Origin: a virus
DNA length: 64,000 nucleotides
Strand: one strand, 5' to 3'
Virus record (IMG/VR): IMGVR_UViG_3300021963_000086
Coordinates: 1 to 64,000 of that record
Shown here piece by piece: positions 56,772-64,000 of this stretch. The notes below the pieces were generated by a model that had not been told where the DNA came from, ran no database searches, and saw nothing but the letters and a program-made list of their open reading frames with translations. Positions within the stretch are counted from its first letter, which is position 1. Every line of letters starts with the position of its first letter. Made by a program: the position numbers and the translations under genes.

Positions 56772-56800
56772 ATTATACTATCAATTGAATAATATGTCAA
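56772..56800 (-). promoter_or_regulatory. sigma70 early promoter
   Basis: Perfect TTGACA-17-TATAAT. Confidence 0.85.
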
Positions 56801-56803
56801 TCT

Positions 56804-56846
56804 AAAAAAATGGGAGGAGGCAAACTGATGTTCACACTCCCCCCAG
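56804..56846 (-). terminator. Intrinsic terminator after the MoxR gene
   Basis: Minus strand TGGGGGGAGTGTGAAC-ATCA-GTTTGCCTCCTCCCA followed by T7. Confidence 0.7.
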
Positions 56847-56856
56847 GAGCGCAATC

Positions 56857-57963
56857 TTACTTAGTATCAATTTCAATTACCAAGTGAGCGTACTTCTTAA
56901 AGAACTCTGGGAAGTTCTTAAGCTTCTTATGCTCAAAAGGTAGAGCATAGTTCTTAAGTGCAGTATGGGCACCCATAATAACCATTTCGGGTTCAAAATT
57001 ATCCATCATGTATTGGATAAAGAACTCGCACATTGGATGCCAATCTTCTAGCTTACCTGCCTTCTTGGCATTGTCATAAGCGTCTTTCAGCTCATAACAC
57101 ATAGAAGTAGTAAGTGAGTACATAGCGGACACTTCTTTAATGTCCAACTTAGTAACTTTGCCCTTAAGGATGTCTGACGGGTTAGGTAGTTTGCTAGCAA
57201 TCTTACGGTGTGCCATAAACTTGATAGCAAGACCTTCGCCAACGCAACCTGAAACAATATCAGTTTGGGTAGCCTCAGGCATACCGTCTTCAATCAAATC
57301 ACTAACGAAAGACCAGCTACGTGGAGTAGCAAAAGAACGGTCGTGTTGCGTAGGGTCAAAGTCGTACAGGTCGCCCTTGCTGAAAGAAAGGTAACCAACT
57401 ACGTCTGAGTGTACGCGATTCTTAAGAGCCCAACGTTGCCAGTCTTCAAAGTCTACACGGAGTTCAATATGAACGAAACGGTTTGCCAACGGACTAGGCA
57501 TGCGGTAAGTAACGCCTTTGTCAGACATACGATTACCTGCGGCAACGATACCTACACCCTTAGGCAGTTTATAAGTACCAACACGGCGGTTCAGTACAAG
57601 TTGATATGCCGCGGCCTGTGTAGCAGGTGCCGCACTTACCAATTCGTCTAAGAATAGGATATCTTCTGCGGCCTCATCAGTAGGCAATTCTGCAGGAGGT
57701 GCCCACTTCATTGTATTTTCTTGTGCATTGTAATATGGGATACCTTTAACGTCGGTGGGTTCCCAAAGATTAAGACGAACGTCAGTTACAGGACGATTAT
57801 CTTCTTGTGCAATTTCTGCAATAAGATCTGACTTGCCAATGCCGGGAGGACCCCAGATCATAACAGGACGACCTTTTGCAAGCGCCTTGCGGATAATGAA
57901 TTTAGCCTCGCTGATTTTAACAGTACGGGCTTCTGAACTATGAGATTTTGATGCTTTTGCCAA
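56857..57963 (-). CDS. MoxR-type AAA+ ATPase
   Basis: GPPGIGKS Walker A, LFLDE Walker B, AAGN, LANRF, TPRSW; TTG start with AGGAG RBS. Confidence 0.92.
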   Translation of the reverse strand: MAKASKSHSSEARTVKISEAKFIIRKALAKGRPVMIWGPPGIGKSDLIAEIAQEDNRPVTDVRLNLWEPTDVKGIPYYNAQENTMKWAPPAELPTDEAAEDILFLDELVSAAPATQAAAYQLVLNRRVGTYKLPKGVGIVAAGNRMSDKGVTYRMPSPLANRFVHIELRVDFEDWQRWALKNRVHSDVVGYLSFSKGDLYDFDPTQHDRSFATPRSWSFVSDLIEDGMPEATQTDIVSGCVGEGLAIKFMAHRKIASKLPNPSDILKGKVTKLDIKEVSAMYSLTTSMCYELKDAYDNAKKAGKLEDWHPMCEFFIQYMMDNFEPEMVIMGAHTALKNYALPFEHKKLKNFPEFFKKYAHLVIEIDTK

Positions 57964-57994
57964 TTTGCGCTCCTAAAATTGCTACAGTAACTCT

Positions 57995-58023
57995 ATTATA
58001 ACAAATTATGATTTTATGGTCAA
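57995..58023 (-). promoter_or_regulatory. sigma70 early promoter
   Basis: TTGACC-17-TATAAT. Confidence 0.8.
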
Positions 58024-58029
58024 CCACTT

Positions 58030-58386
58030 TTATTGTGGCATAACTACAACAGGGCGAGTGTTTGACCATTGCTGGCAAATGACATACCCATTGTAAGGAC
58101 ATTGTAACCCATCGCGACCGTCGATATAGACACGGTGGTTGTTTTGATAGTATGTGCCTTGCCCTTGATAGTATCCTTGATACTGGGGCTGTGGCACATA
58201 CGTAGGTGTAGGGGCGGTAAGCCTATCGCCTATTACGGCTCCAACGGCGGCCATTGCGACACGCCCATTGCCTTGACCAAACTGAGAGCCTATTAGGCCG
58301 CCAGCAACTGCACCGAGAACATCGGCTTTAGCAGACATCGCAGAGGTTGCGATAAGAAGGGTAGCAAGGACTTTAGAATATTTCAT
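58030..58386 (-). CDS. Exported glycine-zipper protein
   Basis: Signal peptide; GAVAGGLIGSQFGQGNGR..AVGAVIG. Confidence 0.8.
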   Translation of the reverse strand: MKYSKVLATLLIATSAMSAKADVLGAVAGGLIGSQFGQGNGRVAMAAVGAVIGDRLTAPTPTYVPQPQYQGYYQGQGTYYQNNHRVYIDGRDGLQCPYNGYVICQQWSNTRPVVVMPQ

Positions 58387-58403
58387 GATAGGCTCACCAT
58401 GTT

Positions 58404-58422
58404 AAAGGGCTTGCGCCCTTTT
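58404..58422 (-). terminator. GNRA-loop hairpin / terminator
   Basis: AAAAGGGC-GCAA-GCCCTTT directly after a stop codon. Confidence 0.6.
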
Positions 58423-58424
58423 GT

Positions 58425-58655
58425 TTAGGCTTCTGCAACTTTAGAAACATCGGTACCTTCGGGCAGTACCTTTGCAAGAAAGCCTTCTGCGGCAATCTCA
58501 GCCTTAGTCATCGCACGGGGAAGCTCGACGAAGTTAACGTCGGTATGGCCGTTCTTCATGAGAATCTTAATGCGAGTATTGTCGTTAGTATAACGAACTT
58601 TAGTTTTGCCCTTAAGGACAGAGGAACCGACAAAAGTGAAAGTCTTGTTAGACAT
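58425..58655 (-). CDS. Small early protein (KVRY.ND..R.K.L.K.GH...ELP..MTK type)
   Basis: AGGAG RBS, tandem promoters upstream, terminator downstream. Confidence 0.75.
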   Translation of the reverse strand: MSNKTFTFVGSSVLKGKTKVRYTNDNTRIKILMKNGHTDVNFVELPRAMTKAEIAAEGFLAKVLPEGTDVSKVAEA

Positions 58656-58708
58656 AAAGTATCTCCTGATACAAGTTAAAGAACACTAGCACCTTGCTAG
58701 TAACCATA

Positions 58709-58737
58709 ATGTTACAATCAATCCATTTATTTGTCAA
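58709..58737 (-). promoter_or_regulatory. sigma70 promoter
   Basis: TTGACA-17-TAACAT. Confidence 0.6.
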
Positions 58738-58809
58738 CCACTTTTTGAACCATTTTGGACAAAGTTGTTGTGGTGCTTTTACCTGGATCATTTGTATCAT
58801 TATTTCATT

Positions 58810-58838
58810 ATTATAGCAAAATTTGATTTTTTGGTCAA
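58810..58838 (-). promoter_or_regulatory. sigma70 early promoter
   Basis: TTGACC-17-TATAAT. Confidence 0.8.
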
Positions 58839-58869
58839 CCATTTTTTGCCATAATTTTAGCCAAAAAAG

Positions 58870-58911
58870 TGTTGTTTTTACGCAACAAAAATCTGTTGTT
58901 TTTTAGCAACA
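58870..58911. promoter_or_regulatory. Tandem 18-bp palindromic operator-like sites
   Basis: TGTTGTTTTTACGCAACA (58870-58887) and TGTTGTTTTTTAGCAACA (58894-58911). Confidence 0.6.
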
Positions 58912-59336
58912 CTTAAACTGTCAATAATTTGAGCTGTGGGCACAGAGTTTAGCTCGTACCCTTCCATCACATCATTCAGATATGAACTAGAAGGATCGGC
59001 GCAAGTGTTACCCGGTTGCATGAAGTAAACTATTGCGTCAACCAATTGATCTTTGTATCGAATTTTTACTTCTTTTCGACCATAGTAAAAAGGATATCCT
59101 TCTACCATATCCAGTGACTTAAGATGTGTAGGATTAATGCGCCATAGGACTCCGTGAACTGCTGAGCCTTTTTGTTTATACACATCAGCGTGAACAGCAA
59201 ATCTAAATTTATGATCACCTAATACAACATGCCCTAAATTTTCAGCACCCGGACATCTAGTGGCCATGCCTCTAATGTTAGTGTTCATGCCATAGGCAAA
59301 ATAATAAATGTCATTAGTCAAGGAAGATCCTTTCAA
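58878..59336 (-). CDS. Gamma-glutamylcyclotransferase (GGCT/AIG2-like) family protein
   Basis: YYFAYGMN, V.GVLW, LD..EGYP..Y.R, PS..Y. Confidence 0.85.
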   Translation of the reverse strand: MKGSSLTNDIYYFAYGMNTNIRGMATRCPGAENLGHVVLGDHKFRFAVHADVYKQKGSAVHGVLWRINPTHLKSLDMVEGYPFYYGRKEVKIRYKDQLVDAIVYFMQPGNTCADPSSSYLNDVMEGYELNSVPTAQIIDSLSVAKKQQIFVA

Positions 59337-59751
59337 TCACTTGTTTTTTATAATCATTGTCTAACACAATGATTTTGATTTCGTCTTGGTTTGTAGTTAC
59401 CATTGATTGGTGAATAGAAAAATACAATCTGTTGAACCACTCGTAACAAGACTCAGGATTGTCTCTATGAACTAATTCTCGCTTGTGAAAGTTCCAATAG
59501 GCACCTTTGTCTCTGGGTCCGTTAACAAACTTTGTAGGTAGCTCGTTACAATGTTTAAGATAATCTTTAAGCAATATATCTTGCATACCCTGCGGTAACG
59601 GGCCTGAATGCAATTTAGTTAAAAACCCTAAGACCATTTTCTTTGTAATGACCGCGGTGTTCCATACTGCCCAGCGATCGTTTAATGGAACAGGAAACTT
59701 GCTTAACGAACTCATCAGCAAGGCTTGTTCAATATAAGCTTCGTCCATCAC
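59314..59751 (-). CDS. Hypothetical protein
   Basis: 145-aa ORF overlapping neighbours. Confidence 0.6.
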   Translation of the reverse strand: MMDEAYIEQALLMSSLSKFPVPLNDRWAVWNTAVITKKMVLGFLTKLHSGPLPQGMQDILLKDYLKHCNELPTKFVNGPRDKGAYWNFHKRELVHRDNPESCYEWFNRLYFSIHQSMVTTNQDEIKIIVLDNDYKKQVIERIFLD

Positions 59752-60325
59752 CGAGGCTCCATACTAGTGTGTTGTCGTTTAAATTTTTACGTAAGTCTTC
59801 TTTAGACATATTAAAGCCGTACATTGTATATTTGGCCCAACGTTCTAAAAATCCTTCATTATTGAATCGTGATAGGCGGAGGTGACGAGTGTGCAAATCT
59901 TCGATTACTTGTTCTGTTGTATAAAATTTACCTTCGCCGTTAGTAGCTATCTGACATACAGTAAAGTCAAAGTCGTTGAACACAGATTCTAGATTAGGAA
60001 ACTTTTTCCTAACAATAATTTGAAGCTTCCATTTATTGTTGTCGTTGCACCAACCATCATCACCTTTTAAAGGAAAGTAATCAAATGTAAGAGCGTTATC
60101 TGTGCTAAAGGTAATACCAACACCTAAGTGTTCGTGGAATCTATTAGTGAGGTCTAAGATTTGTGCAGGATTTCCTACCCAGATATCAATGTCATTAATA
60201 GGTTCGTCTTGCCATAGACATCTAGCACAACCGCCAGCAATCCACGGACCTGTTTTATAATTAGGCTGTATTGCTTTTACAATTTGCTTTGGTAATTTTT
60301 TTGGACCTTGAAAGGAATAAATCAT
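59729..60325 (-). CDS. Pol-beta-family nucleotidyltransferase (CCA / poly(A) polymerase head-like)
   Basis: IAGGCAR, NDIDIW, FDFTVCQIA, R..KY...GF. Confidence 0.8.
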   Translation of the reverse strand: MIYSFQGPKKLPKQIVKAIQPNYKTGPWIAGGCARCLWQDEPINDIDIWVGNPAQILDLTNRFHEHLGVGITFSTDNALTFDYFPLKGDDGWCNDNNKWKLQIIVRKKFPNLESVFNDFDFTVCQIATNGEGKFYTTEQVIEDLHTRHLRLSRFNNEGFLERWAKYTMYGFNMSKEDLRKNLNDNTLVWSLGDGRSLY

Positions 60326-60477
60326 TCCTCTGCTTTCTTAGGGTGTTTAGGTTTGCGTTTATATGCTTTCTTTTGTTCTTCTATACGGCCGCGAAAAGGC
60401 AACGTGTTATCAAATAATGCTTGATGAGCACGTACCTTAGGAGCCTTAATAACAAAAGAAAGGGCTTTGGTTTTCAT
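60322..60477 (-). CDS. ArfA-like small basic protein (51 aa)
   Basis: Not in the ORF track: ...ALFDNTLPFRGRIEEQKKAYKRKPKHPK; compare ArfA LF..R.E..KK...Y.RK.KH. Confidence 0.5.
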   Translation of the reverse strand: MKTKALSFVIKAPKVRAHQALFDNTLPFRGRIEEQKKAYKRKPKHPKKAEE

Positions 60478-60483
60478 GATAGT

Positions 60484-60666
60484 CTATTTACTCAGATCAA
60501 AAGAACTGAAGTCGTTTTCTCTAATTTTCTTTGCTTCTTGTTTAAGAATACCTGCCATAACTTCAAGTGTTTTGGCCTGCATTTCTGAAGTGGTATTTGG
60601 ATCTCGCAAGACTTCAATACCATTGTCTAGGATGGTCTTAATACCTTCTATGCTCATATGATTCAT
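60484..60666 (-). CDS. Hypothetical protein
   Basis: Start 7 nt after a TATAAT box. Confidence 0.55.
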   Translation of the reverse strand: MNHMSIEGIKTILDNGIEVLRDPNTTSEMQAKTLEVMAGILKQEAKKIRENDFSSFDLSK

Positions 60667-60673
60667 GCTATAC

Positions 60674-60702
60674 ATTATACTGCCTTTCTTATTAAAAATC
60701 AA
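60674..60702 (-). promoter_or_regulatory. sigma70 promoter (leaderless)
   Basis: TTGATT-17-TATAAT. Confidence 0.65.
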
Positions 60703-61013
60703 GTATGCTCGATGTAGTTAATACCGGCCATTTCGATAGCACGTTGGCAAACTGGGCAAGGTTTGGCTAACAATGGCTCTCCGCTATTTCCGAACCTAGT
60801 AACTACTATCTTATGCGCCTTAGTCCAATCTCTGCACTTTACTAGTGCATCTATTTCTGCATGAAGATAAATCTTTTCGTGCAACCCAACTTGGCTTGCG
60901 ATTCGAGCTTGCAACGGATGGGTCTTAATATAACTATTCTTACCCATACCAATGATACGACCTTTCTTGTCGTAAACAATAGCAGTGATGTTCTGCTTAA
61001 CCCTAGTTTTCAT
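60699..61013 (-). CDS. Zn-dependent cytidine/nucleotide deaminase-fold protein
   Basis: HAE ... PCPVC. Confidence 0.85.
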   Translation of the reverse strand: MKTRVKQNITAIVYDKKGRIIGMGKNSYIKTHPLQARIASQVGLHEKIYLHAEIDALVKCRDWTKAHKIVVTRFGNSGEPLLAKPCPVCQRAIEMAGINYIEHT

Positions 61014-61318
61014 ACCGACAAAGTAGCCCAGAATGCTAGTTGTTGCAAGTCAGTTTCAAACTCCGGATAGACCTTATCTAGGTCTTCTTTGAAGATTTTA
61101 TTGTAACCTTTTTTGTGTTTAGAGTTTACAAGCTTCTCCATGTTCCACGTTGACGAATGATCGATGACTTTGTGTTGCAATTTCTTGCCCCGGCGCCCCC
61201 AGGCTGTGACAAAGGTACCACCCCACTTGTCGCCATTGAGTTGAATACAAACCCAGACCTTGTCGTGATTGTCTTCCCGACACCAACCAATGAAATTGTA
61301 TTCCATTAGGCGCTCCAA
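61010..61318 (-). CDS. WGR-domain-like protein
   Basis: HDKVW, WGRRG, K.KKGY. Confidence 0.75.
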   Translation of the reverse strand: MERLMEYNFIGWCREDNHDKVWVCIQLNGDKWGGTFVTAWGRRGKKLQHKVIDHSSTWNMEKLVNSKHKKGYNKIFKEDLDKVYPEFETDLQQLAFWATLSV

Positions 61319-61581
61319 TAAGTTTCACTGGAAGGACTAGCGAACCAAGGAGTGTCGTAACGCTCTTGGAACTCTACGCCAGTCATTACATTCTTACGGG
61401 TAACATAAGTTTCAACCACGTTAAAGATGTAACCGTCCTGCTTGCGATAGGTAGGATACAGAGCTTTGATCTCACGTTCCATTGCTTCGCGATCTTTGCG
61501 ATCGTAATCGTACTTGCCAACAAGGCGCTGGCCTTCTTTAGTACGGCGATCCATCTTGTAGATTTCTAGGGTGAACATCAT
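61306..61581 (-). CDS. Hypothetical early protein (C-terminal SPSSETYWS)
   Basis: AGGAG RBS before MMFTLE; own promoter. Confidence 0.7.
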   Translation of the reverse strand: MMFTLEIYKMDRRTKEGQRLVGKYDYDRKDREAMEREIKALYPTYRKQDGYIFNVVETYVTRKNVMTGVEFQERYDTPWFASPSSETYWSA

Positions 61582-61610
61582 AGCTCTCTCCTTTGCGTTA
61601 CAATACAAGT

Positions 61611-61639
61611 ATTATAGCAGAATTGGAATTATTGGTCAA
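61611..61639 (-). promoter_or_regulatory. sigma70 early promoter
   Basis: TTGACC-17-TATAAT with extended -10 TG. Confidence 0.8.
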
Positions 61640-61646
61640 CCAGTAG

Positions 61647-61673
61647 AAAAACCCTGTGGTTAGCAGGGTTTTT
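61647..61673. terminator. Intrinsic terminator after rIIB
   Basis: AAAAACCCTG-7-CAGGGTTTTT. Confidence 0.75.
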
Positions 61674-61675
61674 AG

Positions 61676-61693
61676 TGTTGTATTAATACAACA
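61676..61693. promoter_or_regulatory. Perfect 18-bp palindrome, operator-like
   Basis: TGTTGTATTAATACAACA. Confidence 0.6.
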
Positions 61694-61696
61694 GTA

Positions 61697-62518
61697 TTAC
61701 TCTTTGTTATGAGCGTCTAGTGCGGCTTTTACAGCGGCTTCTACGGCGATCTTGATAAGCTCGGCAGTAGCATCGTCGTGAACGGCATTTACTTGCACAG
61801 GAGCAATGAATGCGGCGTCTGCTTTTTCCTTGTCGATTTCACCGACAACTTCGTAGCGGCAAGCACGACCTTTGCTATTGTCATAATCACTTGGAATGCT
61901 TACAACATCACGTGGGTTGATCTTAACAATCACCGTACGGTCACCACTGAAGTGTGCTAGATAGTCTTTGCTACAAAAGTGAAGACCAGTGGAGCAAGTA
62001 CGGTCCTTGTTGTCGTCAACTTCGTTACGAACCATTTCAACAACCTTACCGACACTATTGTCCATAGTACCAGAGTGGCAGTCTAGGTAATCTGCACGAA
62101 CCCGCTTATAAGCAAGGAAGTGGCCATCTGGAGTAATAGGCAAGCTATTCTTTTCCAAGAAGCCGTAGAGTTCTTCAACTGCTCGCTTGCTTGGGTTCTC
62201 CATTAGGTTTTCCATGAACGCAACTAGCGGCTCAATTGGAAATCCGTCTTGCAACATTGCAATCATTCGCTTGGTCAGCGAAGTGTGCAATTCTTTCTCT
62301 TTCCAATACAAGGTTTCGCCTTGAATGGAAATGTTACCTTGGCCGTAGTTGAGAACAACTTTCTTAGGCTCAATAGTATCTTTTACAGTTTCCCAATCAC
62401 CTGCTTTAATCGCATCAACTACTTTTTGGTATGTGATGTGAGTTTTGCTAATGGTATGAGGCTTGTTGTCAATTACGACAACAACGTTACTTCCTTGAAT
62501 CAAAAATGGATAGCTCAT
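61697..62518 (-). CDS. rIIB: rIIB-like protein
   Basis: NPS..AV.ELY.FL, DG.FLAYK.V, CSTGLHFCS..Y, INPRDVVSIP.DY..K.R.C.Y. Confidence 0.9.
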   Translation of the reverse strand: MSYPFLIQGSNVVVVIDNKPHTISKTHITYQKVVDAIKAGDWETVKDTIEPKKVVLNYGQGNISIQGETLYWKEKELHTSLTKRMIAMLQDGFPIEPLVAFMENLMENPSKRAVEELYGFLEKNSLPITPDGHFLAYKRVRADYLDCHSGTMDNSVGKVVEMVRNEVDDNKDRTCSTGLHFCSKDYLAHFSGDRTVIVKINPRDVVSIPSDYDNSKGRACRYEVVGEIDKEKADAAFIAPVQVNAVHDDATAELIKIAVEAAVKAALDAHNKE

Positions 62519-62523
62519 TTTGC

Positions 62524-62958
62524 TTACTTTCCTGTGTGATAGGTTTGATGAAAAATATCTTTCTTAATTACACCGTAGTCATTTGGACCATGCTTTACGA
62601 TATAATCTTCTCCAGTGTTATATTGTAACTTCTCTCCCCAGCTTGTGTCAACCGTTCCGGAATGATCAGCTAGCTTTGCGACCTTCAAAATCTTTTTGGG
62701 TGTGCAAACACCGTTGCCCAAATCGTCTTTAAGTTCCGCAAACTTTTTTGGAGTGATTGGATACTTCTCTCCTTTTGGACCAGTCATGATGTAGAATCCT
62801 GCATCATATTTTACTGGCCCTTCAAGGGTTTCAATAGTACCCGGCTCCTTAGCAATCTCGTAATGTTCTTTGGCCGGCTTCTTATATGTTTCAAAGCCGT
62901 CATTGAACCAATCGTCGGTAAGAGTCTTACCTTCTACAATGTTAATATATTGTCTCAT
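62524..62958 (-). CDS. PGDYG-like protein with two internal repeats
   Basis: TLEG...G.YI..GPKGE.YPI...F and T.WG...GEDYIV..G..DY.VI...F..TY. Confidence 0.65.
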   Translation of the reverse strand: MRQYINIVEGKTLTDDWFNDGFETYKKPAKEHYEIAKEPGTIETLEGPVKYDAGFYIMTGPKGEKYPITPKKFAELKDDLGNGVCTPKKILKVAKLADHSGTVDTSWGEKLQYNTGEDYIVKHGPNDYGVIKKDIFHQTYHTGK

Positions 62959-63256
62959 TCTTTAATCTCCATACAAATAGATCGAATTTTAGTACAGTAT
63001 TCCGCCAAATCCAGTCGCGGAAGGTTTTACGCTCTGCTAACTTCCTATTCAAGTATTTTACAAATTCAGTATAAAACTTTGTTGCAAAATCAGGATTCCT
63101 TTCTAAGTCTTTGACCGTCTTATCTCGCAAGGCGATCATTTCTTTAGTTGACAACTCGGTATAAAACCGTTCTATGTCAAATGTTGGATGAGTCATACCG
63201 CCGGATTGAATATAGGTACGATACCTTTTCAATTCAGCTTCACGACTCATTTTCAT
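62942..63256 (-). CDS. Hypothetical protein
   Basis: 104-aa ORF between the rIIA-like gene and the PGDYG-like gene. Confidence 0.6.
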   Translation of the reverse strand: MKMSREAELKRYRTYIQSGGMTHPTFDIERFYTELSTKEMIALRDKTVKDLERNPDFATKFYTEFVKYLNRKLAERKTFRDWIWRNTVLKFDLFVWRLKNETIY

Positions 63257-63258
63257 TC

Positions 63259-64000
63259 TTAGAAACCTTTCTTAGCATCAATTAGATTGATATACTCGGC
63301 AATGTCTTCACCTTTAACACGGTAGCTGTTCAATTTTGATAGCAAAGGATACCGAGCATTGACATTGGTAAGTTCAGCTTGATATTTAACGATCAAATCA
63401 TCTGGACTCATGCTAGTGTCTTCACCTAGGAATCGCTTGCACAATTTTGAAATAGTGTACTTGTTAGCAGAAGTCTTTGGAACGTTCTTAAACACTTCCA
63501 TAAACTTAGCATACGGACTCTTAGGATCAATCATGGCGCATACTTTTGCATTGTCAGTTAGCGTCATAATGTCATTATCATCCAATGATGACTTAACAAT
63601 ACTCATTAATGTCTTTTGCAAAGATGCTTTAAGCACCCTAGCAATATGCACTTCCAAGTTAACCCAGTTCACTTGTTGCTTAACCCATTCGAGGTCTGTT
63701 TTACGAACTCCGTAAACGGAACCTTCAAACAAGTTATCCACTGACGTAATTTCATCTAGCAGTTCCTTGCCACTACTGTAACCTTTGTCACTGATCATAT
63801 TAAAACCAGACAAAGGAACATAGTAGTAAGTGCGATTGGAATCAAATTCGTCAGCCTTGCCTGCATCACGCCACACCATTTCACGACTGCGATGATAGTT
63901 TCGGCCACCACGTTCTTCAAGACGCATAATAGTAACGTCTTTGCCTAGGCTACTTGACTTACGTTCTTTTGCCAACAACGAGCTAGCAGGAAAGATACGA
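63259..64000 (-). CDS. C-terminal part of a probable rIIA-like protein (5' end outside window)
   Basis: Frame open to the window edge; ...YPLL...YINLID C-terminus; upstream of rIIB. Confidence 0.55.
   Translation of the reverse strand, partial: RIFPASSLLAKERKSSSLGKDVTIMRLEERGGRNYHRSREMVWRDAGKADEFDSNRTYYYVPLSGFNMISDKGYSSGKELLDEITSVDNLFEGSVYGVRKTDLEWVKQQVNWVNLEVHIARVLKASLQKTLMSIVKSSLDDNDIMTLTDNAKVCAMIDPKSPYAKFMEVFKNVPKTSANKYTISKLCKRFLGEDTSMSPDDLIVKYQAELTNVNARYPLLSKLNSYRVKGEDIAEYINLIDAKKGF

Noticed and set aside
58648-58842. 64-aa ORF in the ORF track
   Set aside because: It runs across two tandem promoters with no RBS; the region is regulatory.
2687-63715. Many short antisense or nested ORFs in the track (e.g. 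9786..10190, 17543..17977, 43386..43808, 53988..54440)
   Set aside because: They are shadows of well-supported genes on the opposite strand, without RBS or recognisable motifs.
1-64000. Stop-codon reassignment or split genes (introns, inteins)
   Set aside because: Conserved genes (gp46, gp47, ligase, thyX, gp6) are full length under the standard code, with no intein-like inserts seen.

Overview
A 64-kb segment of a large, AT-rich, T4-superfamily (jumbo-type) contractile-tailed phage genome, read with the standard genetic code. The + strand carries late baseplate and tail genes: gp26-like, tube initiator, gp53/LysM, gp27-like hub, gp5-lysozyme, gp25, gp6, a 3009-aa wedge protein and fibre-associated proteins. 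A block of glycosyltransferases and methyltransferases follows them. The - strand carries replication and early genes (gp46/gp47, gp55 late sigma, ATP-dependent DNA ligase, thyX, MoxR/VWA, rIIB, probable rIIA), many behind near-consensus sigma70 promoters. Main candidates for new biology: (i) two parallel tailoring operons (2150-8840 and 47822-53116) holding five glutaminase-less AsnB-like SGGxDS ligases, two of them paired with a tail-fibre-chaperone-like partner, plus GNATs, a flavin halogenase, a PhyH dioxygenase, a desaturase and a PPPDE peptidase; (ii) a ~500-nt hairpin-dense non-coding element directly behind a stand-alone GIY-YIG gene; (iii) a candidate -1 frameshift in the gp26-like gene; (iv) a MoxR mRNA whose 3' UTR is perfectly complementary to its own Shine-Dalgarno region; (v) an 18-bp TGTTG-N8-CAACA palindrome upstream of early promoters; (vi) a (YGG)7 loop in a virion protein. 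All family assignments come from motifs read by eye, not database searches. No tRNA, rRNA or CRISPR array was seen.
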